64,000 nucleotides of DNA from an uncultured bacterium (GCA_937889645.1 CALBZE010000023.1:7159-71158); one strand, 5' to 3'; shown: positions 25,487 to 34,877, numbered from the stretch's first letter. Numbers and translations: made by a program. The notes: a model not told the origin generated them from the letters alone.

Positions 25487-25909
25487 TCAGCTCGCCGTCA
25501 GGGGGTATCTGAATTCCTTCGACTCCCCGTCCGAGATCTGATGGACGATGCGGAACTCCTGCACCCCATCGGGCAGCTGGGCCGTTCCCTCGTACCGGTA
25601 CGCACCGGCCCGCTGCTCACACGTCGTCGACGACCTCGCGCGCTCCGCCAGCACGGTCAGCGTCAGGAGCGAGCCGCTCTTCGAGACCTCCGGGACGAGC
25701 TGGTAGCACGCGGTCGGCGTGGCGAACTGGCCGACGAACCAAATGGTGCGGCCCACGGTCATCGCGTCCGTGCCCTCCTCGACCTCGGCGCCCTCCAGCT
25801 CACTCCACTCGAAAGCGCCCAGGAGGTCGTCCGGCTCCATGACGCCGCAGGCGCCCGACGCCAGCGCGATGCCGAATGCCGCCATGCCGGCGATGATACC
25901 CTTCCTCAT
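25487..25909 (-). CDS. small probable lipoprotein (140 aa), unknown function
   Basis: MRKGIIAGMAAFGIALASGAC signal/lipobox-like. GGAGTGAG SD-like sequence upstream of ATG 25909. Natural-looking composition. Confidence 0.75.
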   Translation of the reverse strand: MRKGIIAGMAAFGIALASGACGVMEPDDLLGAFEWSELEGAEVEEGTDAMTVGRTIWFVGQFATPTACYQLVPEVSKSGSLLTLTVLAERARSSTTCEQRAGAYRYEGTAQLPDGVQEFRIVHQISDGESKEFRYPLTAS

Positions 25910-25964
25910 GAGCTCACTCCATTCGTAGCGCCCACGTTCCGACCGCCGCCGGCGCCGGCGGCGG

Positions 25965-26774
25965 TCACCGGATCAGGAGGACAAGGATAAGAGCCGCGCC
26001 CGCGCCCGCAAGGAACTTCTTCCACTGCCACGGCCGGCCTTCGAGGCCGGAGCCGCGCCTCGTCCAGAAGAGGACGACGCCGCACGGACCCGTCACGTAA
26101 CGCGTGGGCGCCGACGCGTGAGACGTGTAGACCTCGATGCCGTCCAGGGTGTTCGGGTGGATCACGTCGTCCACGGTGCTGCCGGGGAACTGCCGGATCT
26201 CGACGCCGTCCAGCCAGATCGCCGGCTGGCAGACCCCGCCGGCGTTGCGCATCAGCAGCATCGAGCCCGACGGCCCGGCCCTGCGGAACGTCACGCCGGG
26301 GATGTTGGACATCAGTTCGCTCATTCGCCCGGCGCCCCTGGACCGGATGTCGTCGCGGGTCATGAAATACCCGTGGCCGATGGCGCGGCGCTCCTCGAAC
26401 TCCGCCAGGTGCGGCGCGCGCCGCACGCTGACGACCACTGGCTCGAGCGGGATCGTCGCCTGGCCCAGCCTGAGTTCGATCCATGCGACGTCGCTCGTGC
26501 CCACGGTGACGCTGTCCGCCACGAACTCGAGGAACGCCGGGTGCCTGACCCGCAGCCCGTAGGTGTCCGCCCGGGGCGCCGCGATCGCGAACCGACCGAG
26601 CTCGTCCGTCGTCGCGCGGGCCAGATCGCGGCCGGACGCCGAGAGTAGCTCGACCACGGCGCCGACCACGGGGCCCCGCGTCGCGTCGTCCACCACGACG
26701 CCGCGGATCGTTTGTGCCGTGAGCGGTCCGGCGGCCAGCGTCAGTCCGAGGATCAGGAGGCGGAGTGCGACCAC
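25965..26774 (-). CDS. CarboxypepD_reg-like + plug-like protein lacking a barrel, C-terminal hydrophobic helix (269 aa); paralog of 4750..5553
   Basis: GTG at 26774 preceded by GGGAGGAG (3-nt gap). (M)VALRLLILGLTLAAGPLTAQ signal. IRGVVVDDATRGPVVGAVVELL. LEPVVVSV...MSNIPGVTFRR...LWLDGVEI...LDGIEVYTS...VVLFWTRR. Ends in FLAGAGAALILVLLIR. Confidence 0.8.
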   Translation of the reverse strand: MVALRLLILGLTLAAGPLTAQTIRGVVVDDATRGPVVGAVVELLSASGRDLARATTDELGRFAIAAPRADTYGLRVRHPAFLEFVADSVTVGTSDVAWIELRLGQATIPLEPVVVSVRRAPHLAEFEERRAIGHGYFMTRDDIRSRGAGRMSELMSNIPGVTFRRAGPSGSMLLMRNAGGVCQPAIWLDGVEIRQFPGSTVDDVIHPNTLDGIEVYTSHASAPTRYVTGPCGVVLFWTRRGSGLEGRPWQWKKFLAGAGAALILVLLIR

Positions 26775-26995
26775 GGTCTCCTCCCGGCGCGGGGGGTCGG
26801 CGGAGTCGGCGGGGGTGGTGTACGGGAATCCCTTGCGTCGGGTGGTGGTGCATTGTATACTGTGGACACCATTCCCGCACAAGTAGCGCGACTATTTGGG
26901 GACCGTACCCCCCTGACAGGATAATGTTCCCGCCGCGGGATGGCATCCCTGTGGAACCCCGCGGCACTTCAATCCCCCCCGCATCAGGAGGCGCT

Positions 26996-29986
26996 ATGCC
27001 CCGACAGTCACTGCTTGCGGTCGTGCTCGCAGTCGGCCTGATGCCCGGGATCGCGTTCTCGCAAGAGAACACGATTCTGACGGGCGTCGTCAGGAGCGAC
27101 GCGCAAGCCCCGGTCAGTGGCGCAATCGTCCGCATCCCCGCGCTCAACTTGGAGCGGGTGACCAACGTGGACGGTCGCTACCACTTCGAGATCCCCGCCG
27201 AGCGGGTGGCCGGCCAGCCGGTGACGGTCCACGTCACGTCGATCGGGTACGCGGATGCGCAGGAGACGATCCAGCTGCGCCCCGGTACTATCACGCTGAA
27301 CTTCGTGATCGTCCAGCGTGCGGTCGTGCTCGACGAGGTGCTGGTCACGGGCACGGCGGGCCGCCAGGATCGCCGGGCCCAGGGCGCTGTCGTCGCGACG
27401 GTGCAGGCGGCCGAGATCACCAAGGTCGCGCCGATAACGTCGGTGGCGAACCTGATCCAGGCGCGGACGCCCGGCGTCATGCTGCGGTCCGGCTCGGGCT
27501 CGACCGGCACGTCGCAGACGATCCGCATCCGCGGGATCGCGTCGATGACCGGCTCCAGCGATCCGCTGGTCTTCATCGACGGGGTCCGCATGGACACGGG
27601 CAACCGGCTGAACCTCGTCGGCGGGCAGACGGGCTCGGCGCTCAACGACATCAAGGTCGAGGAGATCGAGAGCATCGAGATCGTGAAGGGCCCGGCGGCG
27701 GCCACGCTCTACGGTTCGGACGCGGCGGCCGGCGTGATCAACATCATCACGAAGAAGGGGCGGGCCGGCAGCGGCTTCGTGCAGACGATCGTCGCGGAGT
27801 ACGGCGAGGCCGACCCGAACTTCACGCCGTACGACAACTGGGCGGTCTGCACGGCGGCGGCGAAGGCGAACCCGACGGCGTTCCCGGCGTGCGTGGACGT
27901 GCCGGAGGGGACGATCCTGAGCGACAACCCTCTGCTGCGTGAGAAGCCGTTCCGCGATGGGCGGTACCGCAACCTCAGCTACCAGCTGAACGGCGGCGGG
28001 CAGAACTACGGCGTGTACTTCCACCTCGGCGCGGACGACGACGACGGCACGCTGCCGAACAACGAGTACGGCCACGTCAGCTCGCGCGCCAACTTCGACT
28101 TCATGCCGCGCGAGAACCTGCGCATCGAAGTCGGCTTCGGCCTGAGCCGCACGCGGACGCAGCTGCCGCACAACGACAACAACATCTACGGCTACCTCGG
28201 CGGCGGCTTCCTCGGCGACCCGCGCACGGTGGGCGCGCCGAAGGACGGGTGGTACGCGTCGAACCGTCAGGCGCTGGCGATCAGCTCGATCCAGACGGTC
28301 GACAAGACGATGCGCATCCAGCCGCGGTTCGCGTTGAACTACTCGCCGTTCCAGTGGTTCTCGAACCGCCTGATGGTCGGCGCCGACCTGGCCAGGAGCG
28401 AGGCCTACCAGCTCTGGGCGAAGAACGACCAGGGTTGGTGGGACGTCGCGGGGATGAACACCGGCCAGATCATGGAGTCGCGTGACGTCGACGACCGGTA
28501 CACGATGGAGTACCGCGGCAACGTCTCGCAGTCCATCACGGAGGCGCTGCACGTCGACCTGTCGTTCGGTGCGCAGGCGATCGCGCGTCGTACGGACGGC
28601 ATGAGCGTGACCGGCCGCGGCCTGGTGAACAACGACGTGCGCAGCGTCAACGCGGCGGCCGAGCTGCTGAGCGGTGGCCAGTCGAGCGGCGAGGACCGCG
28701 AGATCGGCGTGATGACGCAGGTGACCTTCGGGTGGAACGACCGCATCTTCCTGAAGGCGGGCGTTCGCCGCGACCAGGCGGACGCGTTCGGTATCGAATC
28801 GAAGCCGTTCACCAGCCCGAGCGCGAGCCTGGCGTACGTCATCTCCGACGAGCCGTTCTTCCAGTCGATGACCGGCTTCCTGCCGGAGGGCGCGCTCTCG
28901 ACGCTCAGGCTGCGCGCCGCGTACGGCGTCGCGGGCCGGCAGCCGTCCGGCGGTGCGCGTTCGACGTACTCGCCGTCGACGAACCAGATCTCGGAGACGC
29001 AGATCGCGGTCGGCGTGCGCCCGGGTGCGACGGGGAATCCGGAGCTCCGGGCGGAGAAGAGCAAGGAGATCGAGCTGGGCTTCGACGCGGGTCTGTTGAA
29101 CGACCGGCTCGGCATCGAGTTCACTTACTTCCGCAAGGACCTGGTCGACCAGATCCTGACGCAGCCGGTCCCGCCGTCGCTCGGCGCTTCCGGTCCGTCG
29201 GTGAACATCGGGTCCATGCGGAACTGGGGGATCGAGCTCGCGGCGAACGCGCGTCTCATCACGCGTGAGAACGTGACGCTCGATGTCCGCGGGTTCCTGA
29301 ACACGCTGAACAACAAGATCCTGGACCTGGGCGGCGTGCCGGAGTCGGCGACGCTGAAGGTCGGCTACCCGCTCACGGGTTATTGGGACTACGAGATCCT
29401 GGAGATCGACGTCGAGAACAAGCGCGTCACGGTCTCCGACTCGCTGCAGCTGATCGGGAACTCGACGAACTACCCCGGCTGGGAGGCGGGCTGGAACGCT
29501 ACGCTCCGCCTGTTCCAGAACCTGACGTTCTACACGCAGTTCGATGCGCGTGGCGACGTGGTCGTCTTCGACGGGACGAACGAGTTCCGTGACCGTCAGT
29601 TCGGTCAGGGCGAGGCGGCGGTGCGCGGCGCGGCTGCGTTCGGCACGGACGCCAACGGAGACCCGACCGAGGCCGCATGGCGGGAGTACCTGAGCCGGTT
29701 CGGCCCGTTCGTCACGGAGGACGGCCGTACGCTCAACCGCAACAACGTGGATGGCGGCTATGCCCAGGACGGCGGCTTCGTGCGCCTGCGTGAGATCTCG
29801 CTGAGCTACGACCTGCCGTCGTGGCTGGTGCAGGACTACTTCCGGGCCCGCGGTGCGACGATCGGCGTGTCGATGCGGAACCTGCACACGTGGACCGATT
29901 TCACGGGTCTCGACCCGGAAACGGGGCAGTTCCTGACGGTGCCGCAGCCGCGGCGGTGGACGGTCCGGTTCAACTTCACGTTCTAG
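26996..29986 (+). CDS. SusC/RagA-type TonB-dependent outer membrane receptor (996 aa)
   Basis: AGGAGG about 5 nt before ATG 26996. Signal peptide. CarboxypepD_reg segment (LTGVVRSDAQAPVSGAIVRI). Plug (LDEVLVTGTAG...IRIRGIASMTGSSDPLVFIDGV...IESIEIVKGPAAATLYGSDAAAGVINIITKKG). Long barrel ending ...WTVRFNFTF. Confidence 0.9.
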   Translation: MPRQSLLAVVLAVGLMPGIAFSQENTILTGVVRSDAQAPVSGAIVRIPALNLERVTNVDGRYHFEIPAERVAGQPVTVHVTSIGYADAQETIQLRPGTITLNFVIVQRAVVLDEVLVTGTAGRQDRRAQGAVVATVQAAEITKVAPITSVANLIQARTPGVMLRSGSGSTGTSQTIRIRGIASMTGSSDPLVFIDGVRMDTGNRLNLVGGQTGSALNDIKVEEIESIEIVKGPAAATLYGSDAAAGVINIITKKGRAGSGFVQTIVAEYGEADPNFTPYDNWAVCTAAAKANPTAFPACVDVPEGTILSDNPLLREKPFRDGRYRNLSYQLNGGGQNYGVYFHLGADDDDGTLPNNEYGHVSSRANFDFMPRENLRIEVGFGLSRTRTQLPHNDNNIYGYLGGGFLGDPRTVGAPKDGWYASNRQALAISSIQTVDKTMRIQPRFALNYSPFQWFSNRLMVGADLARSEAYQLWAKNDQGWWDVAGMNTGQIMESRDVDDRYTMEYRGNVSQSITEALHVDLSFGAQAIARRTDGMSVTGRGLVNNDVRSVNAAAELLSGGQSSGEDREIGVMTQVTFGWNDRIFLKAGVRRDQADAFGIESKPFTSPSASLAYVISDEPFFQSMTGFLPEGALSTLRLRAAYGVAGRQPSGGARSTYSPSTNQISETQIAVGVRPGATGNPELRAEKSKEIELGFDAGLLNDRLGIEFTYFRKDLVDQILTQPVPPSLGASGPSVNIGSMRNWGIELAANARLITRENVTLDVRGFLNTLNNKILDLGGVPESATLKVGYPLTGYWDYEILEIDVENKRVTVSDSLQLIGNSTNYPGWEAGWNATLRLFQNLTFYTQFDARGDVVVFDGTNEFRDRQFGQGEAAVRGAAAFGTDANGDPTEAAWREYLSRFGPFVTEDGRTLNRNNVDGGYAQDGGFVRLREISLSYDLPSWLVQDYFRARGATIGVSMRNLHTWTDFTGLDPETGQFLTVPQPRRWTVRFNFTF

Positions 29987-29997
29987 GCGAGGTCGAT

Positions 29998-31269
29998 ATG
30001 ATCGCATACAAGGATAGGGCCGTCGCGCTGCTGCTCGTGCTCGGGCTCGCGGTCGGCGCGAGCGGGTGCGACGACTTCGTCGACGTTCCCAACCCGAACA
30101 CGCTCGAGGCGGACGCCATCGACCCCGAGCGCGACGGGCCGATGCTGGCGCAGTCGGTCTATCAGAACTTCATCACGATGTGGGGCGGCAGCGGGGACGG
30201 CGGCGGCGGTTTCCCGGTCTACGTCGCGTGGTTCACGAACGAGGCGCGGGTCGGCGACACGTTCCCGACGCGCAACTCCGTGGGCCGTCGTGACATTCAG
30301 GGCGGGAACACGCACCTCAACCACATTTGGGGCCAGGTGCACCGCAGCATCCAATTCGCCCGCGATGTGGCCGCGAAGATCGAGCCGGCCGGGAACACGA
30401 TCCACCTGGCGCGGACCTGGTTCGCGTCCGGGTTTTCGATCCTGCTCATGGCGGAGAACTTCTGCCAGGGCACGATCGCGGCGAGCTTCACCGAGCCGCG
30501 CGGCCCCATGACGACGGTGCAGCTGCTGGACTCGGCGATCGTCGACCTGCAGAAGGCGCAGCAGGTCGCGCAGGCGGTCGGCGGCGCCGATGGCAACGCG
30601 ATCTACATGGCCGCGCAGGTCGGGATCGCGCGCGCGCACCTGCAGGCGGGTCGCAAGGCGGAAGCCGCGGCCGCGGCCGCGGTGGTGCCGGACGACTTCG
30701 TGTACGAACTGTGGCACCTGGACGACCCGGCCAACCGGGCGCTGGGCAACTACGTCTGGTCGTTCTCGGATGCGCGGATCTCGCTGGTGGTCGGGCCGGA
30801 GTTCCGTGCCATGGCGGACGCGGGTGATCCGCGTATCAGCTACGTGGACATGAAGCGGCCCGCCCAGGACGGCCAGCACAACTTCTTCCGCCAGGACAAG
30901 TACAAGGGCTACGGCGACAACGAGCGCTTCGCCTCGGGTCTGGAGGCCCGGTACATCGAGGTGGAAGCGAAGGGCGACCCGGCCGAGATGCTGGCTTTCA
31001 TCAACGAGCGGCGCGCGGCGGGGAACCAGCCCGACCTGGCCCCGACGACGGACATGGACGTCCTGATGAGCGAGTTGATGGAGCAGAAGACGCGGGACTT
31101 CTGGCTCGAGGGGAAGCGTCTCGCGGATTGGCGGCGCAACCCCAACCACGTGCCGTACATCATCCCGCCGGGCGACAACTACTACAAGCCCGAGCTCGGG
31201 CCGGTGCGCGAGTTCAACTGCTGGGACATCCCGCAGGCGGAGATCTTCAACAATCCGAACTGGAACTAA
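29998..31269 (+). CDS. SusD/RagB-family outer membrane lipoprotein (423 aa)
   Basis: ATG 12 nt after the SusC stop. MIAYKDRAVALLLVLGLAVGASGC lipobox. Typical position and size. C-terminal ...FWLEGKRLADWRR... Confidence 0.85.
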   Translation: MIAYKDRAVALLLVLGLAVGASGCDDFVDVPNPNTLEADAIDPERDGPMLAQSVYQNFITMWGGSGDGGGGFPVYVAWFTNEARVGDTFPTRNSVGRRDIQGGNTHLNHIWGQVHRSIQFARDVAAKIEPAGNTIHLARTWFASGFSILLMAENFCQGTIAASFTEPRGPMTTVQLLDSAIVDLQKAQQVAQAVGGADGNAIYMAAQVGIARAHLQAGRKAEAAAAAAVVPDDFVYELWHLDDPANRALGNYVWSFSDARISLVVGPEFRAMADAGDPRISYVDMKRPAQDGQHNFFRQDKYKGYGDNERFASGLEARYIEVEAKGDPAEMLAFINERRAAGNQPDLAPTTDMDVLMSELMEQKTRDFWLEGKRLADWRRNPNHVPYIIPPGDNYYKPELGPVREFNCWDIPQAEIFNNPNWN

Positions 31270-31310
31270 CGCTCGTCCGCGGCGTCAGCCGCTCGGACGC
31301 CCGAGCAGGG

Positions 31311-31346
31311 AACGGAGCCGGGGCCACCCGGCTCCGTTTTCATTTC
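31311..31346 (+). terminator. intrinsic terminator after the SusD-like gene
   Basis: Perfect 12-bp stem AACGGAGCCGGG/CCCGGCTCCGTT (loop GCCA) followed by TTCATTT. Confidence 0.65.
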
Positions 31347-31594
31347 GTCGGGGAATGTCGACCGGGGGTGGAACGGCGGCGTCCTCGTCCGCGGGCCCGG
31401 TCGATCTGAACGCTTGGGCGGAGCGACGGCAGGGTGAAAGACGCGCGCCCTCCCACGCCGAGCGGCGTGGGAGGGCGCTGCGGGTTTGCCTCGGGGATCG
31501 CGACTCCGTGCGCCGCCATCGGGGCGGCTCACGGCCGGGGCCGTGGAGCGGATTCGGCCCGGGCCGCGGGCGCACGGAGACCGCGGCGTCGCGC

Positions 31595-33187
31595 TTACGC
31601 GCTTCCCGCCTCCGCCATCGCCGCGTCGCCCGTGCGCGCCATCATGCGGCGGATCGGCACGACCAGCGCGGCCAGGATCGCGGCGGCGATGAAGAGCGAT
31701 GCCGTCGTATTCGTGAAGAGGACCGGCATCTGCTCGAGCTTCTCCGGGTCGACGTGGCCGCCGACCAGCCCGGCGATCAGGTTGCCGAGCGCCGAGGCCA
31801 TGAACCAGATCCCCATCATCTGGCCGACGTACTTCCGGGGCGCCAGCTTGGTCATCGAGGACAGGCCGACGGGGCTTAGGCACAGCTCGCCGACGGTCTG
31901 GAAGAAGTAGCTGGCGACGAGCCAGAAGGGCGAGACCAGCGTCCCCGGGCCGCCGGAGACGACGATGTTCGCGGCGGCGATCATGAGCGCGAACCCGACG
32001 CCGGCGAACGCCAGCCCCGCGGCGAACTTGGTCGGGCTGGACGGGTCGATCCCGCGTTTTCCGAGCGCGACCCACAGCGCCGCGAAGACCGGCGCGAGGA
32101 GGATGATGAAGCCCGAGTTCACCACCTGGAACCAGGTGGCCGGGATCTCGAAGCCGCCGACCGTGCGGTCGGTGAAGTCGGCAGCGAACAGGTTCAGCGA
32201 CGTCGGCGCCTGCTCGAACGCGGACCAGAAGACGGCCGCGGCGAGGAACAACACGGCGATTACGAGGACGCGCTTCTTCTCGTCGCTGTTCAGGCCGCCG
32301 AACAGGAAGATGAAGGCGAAGTAGGCGGCGGCGGAGCCGACGATCACGTACGTCATCGAACGGCCGACCGCCTGAGCGTCGATGGTGATGACGCCGGTGG
32401 CGGCGAGGAGGAACACGACCGCGAGGATGGCGAGCCCGGCCCAGACCGCGCGCCAGCCGTTGCGCTGCTGGCGGGCCTGCACCTCGGGGTCGGGGTGACG
32501 CGAGGGCTCGAGCCCGATGTCGCCGAGCGTGCGACCGGCCGTCGTGATGTACACGATGAGCCCCGCGAGCATCCCGAGACCCGCGACGCCGAAGCCCCAG
32601 TGCCAGCCGACCTTCTCGCCCAGGTACCCGGAGACGAGCATCCCCAGGAACGCGCCGATGTTGATCCCCATGTAGAAGATCGAGAAGCCGGCGTCGCGCC
32701 GAGCGCCGCCCTCGGGGTAGAGATCGCCGACGATCGCGGAGATGTTCGGCTTGAGCAGACCCGTGCCGAGGACGATCAGCACCAGCCCGAGGAAGAACGG
32801 CGCCGGGCCCCGCGCGAAGGCCGAGACCCCGATCGAGAGGTGCCCCCCCGCGATCAGGACGCCACCCCAGAGGATCGCCCTGCGCAGCCCCAGCAGGCGG
32901 TCGGCCACCCAGCCGCCGGGCAGCGACGAGAGGTAGACCGACGCCGCGTAGATGCCGACGATCGCGGACGCCTGCTCCCGCTCGAAGCCGAAGCCGCCGT
33001 TCATCACCGCCGCCGCCATGAACAGGATCAGCAGCGGGCGGATCCCGTAGAACGAGAACCGCTCCCACATCTCGGTGAAGAACAGCGTGGCGAGCCCCCT
33101 CGGGTGGCCGAAGAACGTGCCTCCGGCCTCGCCGTTCCTCGCCGCGGCCGCGCCGCCGGCGAACTCCTCCTTCGGATCTCTGGTCAT
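31595..33187 (-). CDS. POT/PTR2-family di/tripeptide:proton permease (530 aa)
   Basis: FFGHPRGLATLFFTEMWERFSFYGIRPLLILFM signature near the N-terminus. Multiple TM helices throughout. ATG at 33187. Confidence 0.9.
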   Translation of the reverse strand: MTRDPKEEFAGGAAAARNGEAGGTFFGHPRGLATLFFTEMWERFSFYGIRPLLILFMAAAVMNGGFGFEREQASAIVGIYAASVYLSSLPGGWVADRLLGLRRAILWGGVLIAGGHLSIGVSAFARGPAPFFLGLVLIVLGTGLLKPNISAIVGDLYPEGGARRDAGFSIFYMGINIGAFLGMLVSGYLGEKVGWHWGFGVAGLGMLAGLIVYITTAGRTLGDIGLEPSRHPDPEVQARQQRNGWRAVWAGLAILAVVFLLAATGVITIDAQAVGRSMTYVIVGSAAAYFAFIFLFGGLNSDEKKRVLVIAVLFLAAAVFWSAFEQAPTSLNLFAADFTDRTVGGFEIPATWFQVVNSGFIILLAPVFAALWVALGKRGIDPSSPTKFAAGLAFAGVGFALMIAAANIVVSGGPGTLVSPFWLVASYFFQTVGELCLSPVGLSSMTKLAPRKYVGQMMGIWFMASALGNLIAGLVGGHVDPEKLEQMPVLFTNTTASLFIAAAILAALVVPIRRMMARTGDAAMAEAGSA

Positions 33188-33366
33188 TCGACACCTTCCG
33201 GGAATGGTGGCGTGTCTCGCGCCCCGCGGGCGCGCTCGACAGATATCGATGCAAGTTAACGGGCGGAACGCCTTTAGACCACCCTGCGGCGGCCGCGGCG
33301 CATTCGTCCATGGCTTCGCCCGCCCCGGCGGCGCAGACTCGTGCGCGGAACCGTTGGCGAGCGAGA

Positions 33367-34395
33367 ATGCCCGAATTCTCAGCCATCCTGGGCGCGAGCG
33401 AGGCCGCCGAAGCGATCAGGGCATTCGGCAGACGCGCGGCGCAGGTCGACGCACCGGTGCTGCTGACCGGCGAGAGCGGCACCGGCAAAGGGCTCCTCGC
33501 CCGCGCCATCCACGCGGCGTCGCGTCGCGCGTCCCGCCCGTTCGTCACGGTCAACTGCGCCGGGGTGCCGGAGACGCTGTTCGAGGCCGAGTTCTTCGGC
33601 CACACGCGCGGGGCGTTCACCGGCGCGCACGAGTCGCGGCGCGGCCTCTTCGAGCAGGCACACGGCGGCACGCTGTTCCTCGACGAGGTGGCCGACCTGC
33701 CCTTCGCCCTCCAGGCCAAACTTCTTACCGCAATTGAAGATGGAGAGATCCGTCGCCTCGGCTCCGAGCGAGTGGTGAAAGTCGACGTGCGCCTGATCGC
33801 CGCGACCGGCGCCGACCTCGAGCGACGCATCCTCGACGGACGGTTCCGACGCGACCTCTACCACAGATTGCTCGTCCTATCCTTCCGGCTCCCCGCCCTG
33901 CGCGAGCGCGAGGGGGACCTGGACCTCATGCTGGCGCACTTCCTGGAGCGGTACGCCCGCCGCTACGAGCGCCCGGTGCGCGGCTTCGATCCCGCGGCGC
34001 TCGCGCGACTCCGCGCGCACGACTGGCCCGGGAACATCCGGGAACTCGCCCACGCCGTCGAAGCCGCCGTCCTTGCCTGCGACGACGCGCGGATCCGGCT
34101 CAGGCACCTGCCGCAGAGCGTGCGCGCGCCGACGCCGGAACCCTCGGAGCCGGTCCGGCGACGCCCGACGGGGCGATACGCCTTCTACGGGACCCGCGCC
34201 GAGGAGCGGCGACTCATCGAGGAAGCGCTCCGCCGTTACCACGGCAACCGCACCCGCGCCGCGGAATCCCTCGGCATGGCCAGGAACACGTTGCGCCAGA
34301 AGATCCGGGCGTTGGGGATAGAGGACGGGCGGTCCGACGGCGAAGCTGGAGGGACCGCGGAGGACGTGGAAGGCGCGAGGGACGTGGGCGTTTGA
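33367..34395 (+). CDS. sigma-54-dependent transcriptional activator lacking any N-terminal sensory domain (PspF-like architecture), 342 aa
   Basis: MPEFSAILGASEAAEAIRAF...PVLLTGESGTGKGLLARAIH (Walker A), GAFTGA loop (RGAFTGA), GGTLFLDEV (Walker B), C-terminal Fis-type HTH (RTRAAESLGMARNTLRQKIRALGI). Alternative ATG at 33310 adds 19 aa. Confidence 0.85.
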   Translation: MPEFSAILGASEAAEAIRAFGRRAAQVDAPVLLTGESGTGKGLLARAIHAASRRASRPFVTVNCAGVPETLFEAEFFGHTRGAFTGAHESRRGLFEQAHGGTLFLDEVADLPFALQAKLLTAIEDGEIRRLGSERVVKVDVRLIAATGADLERRILDGRFRRDLYHRLLVLSFRLPALREREGDLDLMLAHFLERYARRYERPVRGFDPAALARLRAHDWPGNIRELAHAVEAAVLACDDARIRLRHLPQSVRAPTPEPSEPVRRRPTGRYAFYGTRAEERRLIEEALRRYHGNRTRAAESLGMARNTLRQKIRALGIEDGRSDGEAGGTAEDVEGARDVGV

Positions 34396-34670
34396 GTCGT
34401 CCCAAACCGCTATCGCCGCGCCGCAGCGCGGGTTGCATCGTGGGGGTGGTCACTGAGCGGCAGGATCCGGTCAATGGCGGTCGGAATCGGCGTGCGGGGT
34501 CGGGGTGGCACGGGTCCTAAACGACGTAGTTGCATTTGATTGCACGATTTCTCCCGAGTGGTCCGCGGCGTGCCTCGTCCCGGGGTGCCCGCCGGGCGCT
34601 GCGTCCGGCGGGCGGGGCCAGGGGGAGGGGCGGGGACGGGGCGCGATCACCTTCAACGCGGGAGGACACC

Positions 34671-34877
34671 ATGTCGAAGGGAGCTCGCTGGATCATGGCG
34701 CTGATGCTGGTGCTGACCGGGTTGGCCGCGGTGCCCGGGCAGGTCATGGCGCAGGAGTGCGTGAAGGAATTCGAGAAGTGCCTGAACGACACGTGGGACA
34801 CGAGCGGGTTCACGCGCTTGCTGGCGAACCTGGAGTGCGCGACGGAATACGCCGCGTGCCTGGTGAACAAGTTCTAG
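34671..34877 (+). CDS. small secreted twin-CX6C peptide precursor (68 aa; predicted mature about 40 aa)
   Basis: GGAGGA 4 nt before ATG 34671. Signal MSKGARWIMALMLVLTGLAAVPGQVMAQ. Mature ECVKEFEKCLNDTWDTSGFTRLLANLECATEYAACLVNKF. The longer ORF-track start at 34530 is non-coding-like. Confidence 0.7.
   Translation: MSKGARWIMALMLVLTGLAAVPGQVMAQECVKEFEKCLNDTWDTSGFTRLLANLECATEYAACLVNKF

Noticed and set aside
27008-30007. 999-aa ORF antisense to the SusC-like gene. Similar very long ORFs occur at 17408..20437, 8259..10298, 8471..10876, 31266..33830, 38622..40475, 40783..41982, 50023..52077 and 62275..63333.
   Set aside because: They are extremely Arg/Pro/Ala/Gly/Asp-rich with no motifs. Each is exactly opposite or out of frame to a gene with clear family signatures. 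Long stop-free shadow frames are expected in very GC-rich DNA.
34506-34545. Sigma-54 promoter downstream of the bEBP gene (TGGCAC at 34506; TTGCA at 34530 and 34540).
   Set aside because: No GG-N10-GC register. TGGCAC is followed by CTAAA where TTGC should be. The TTGCA pair lacks the -24 GG and is spaced 10 rather than 11 nt. The other TGGCAC occurrences in the window that I checked also lack a correctly spaced TTGC.
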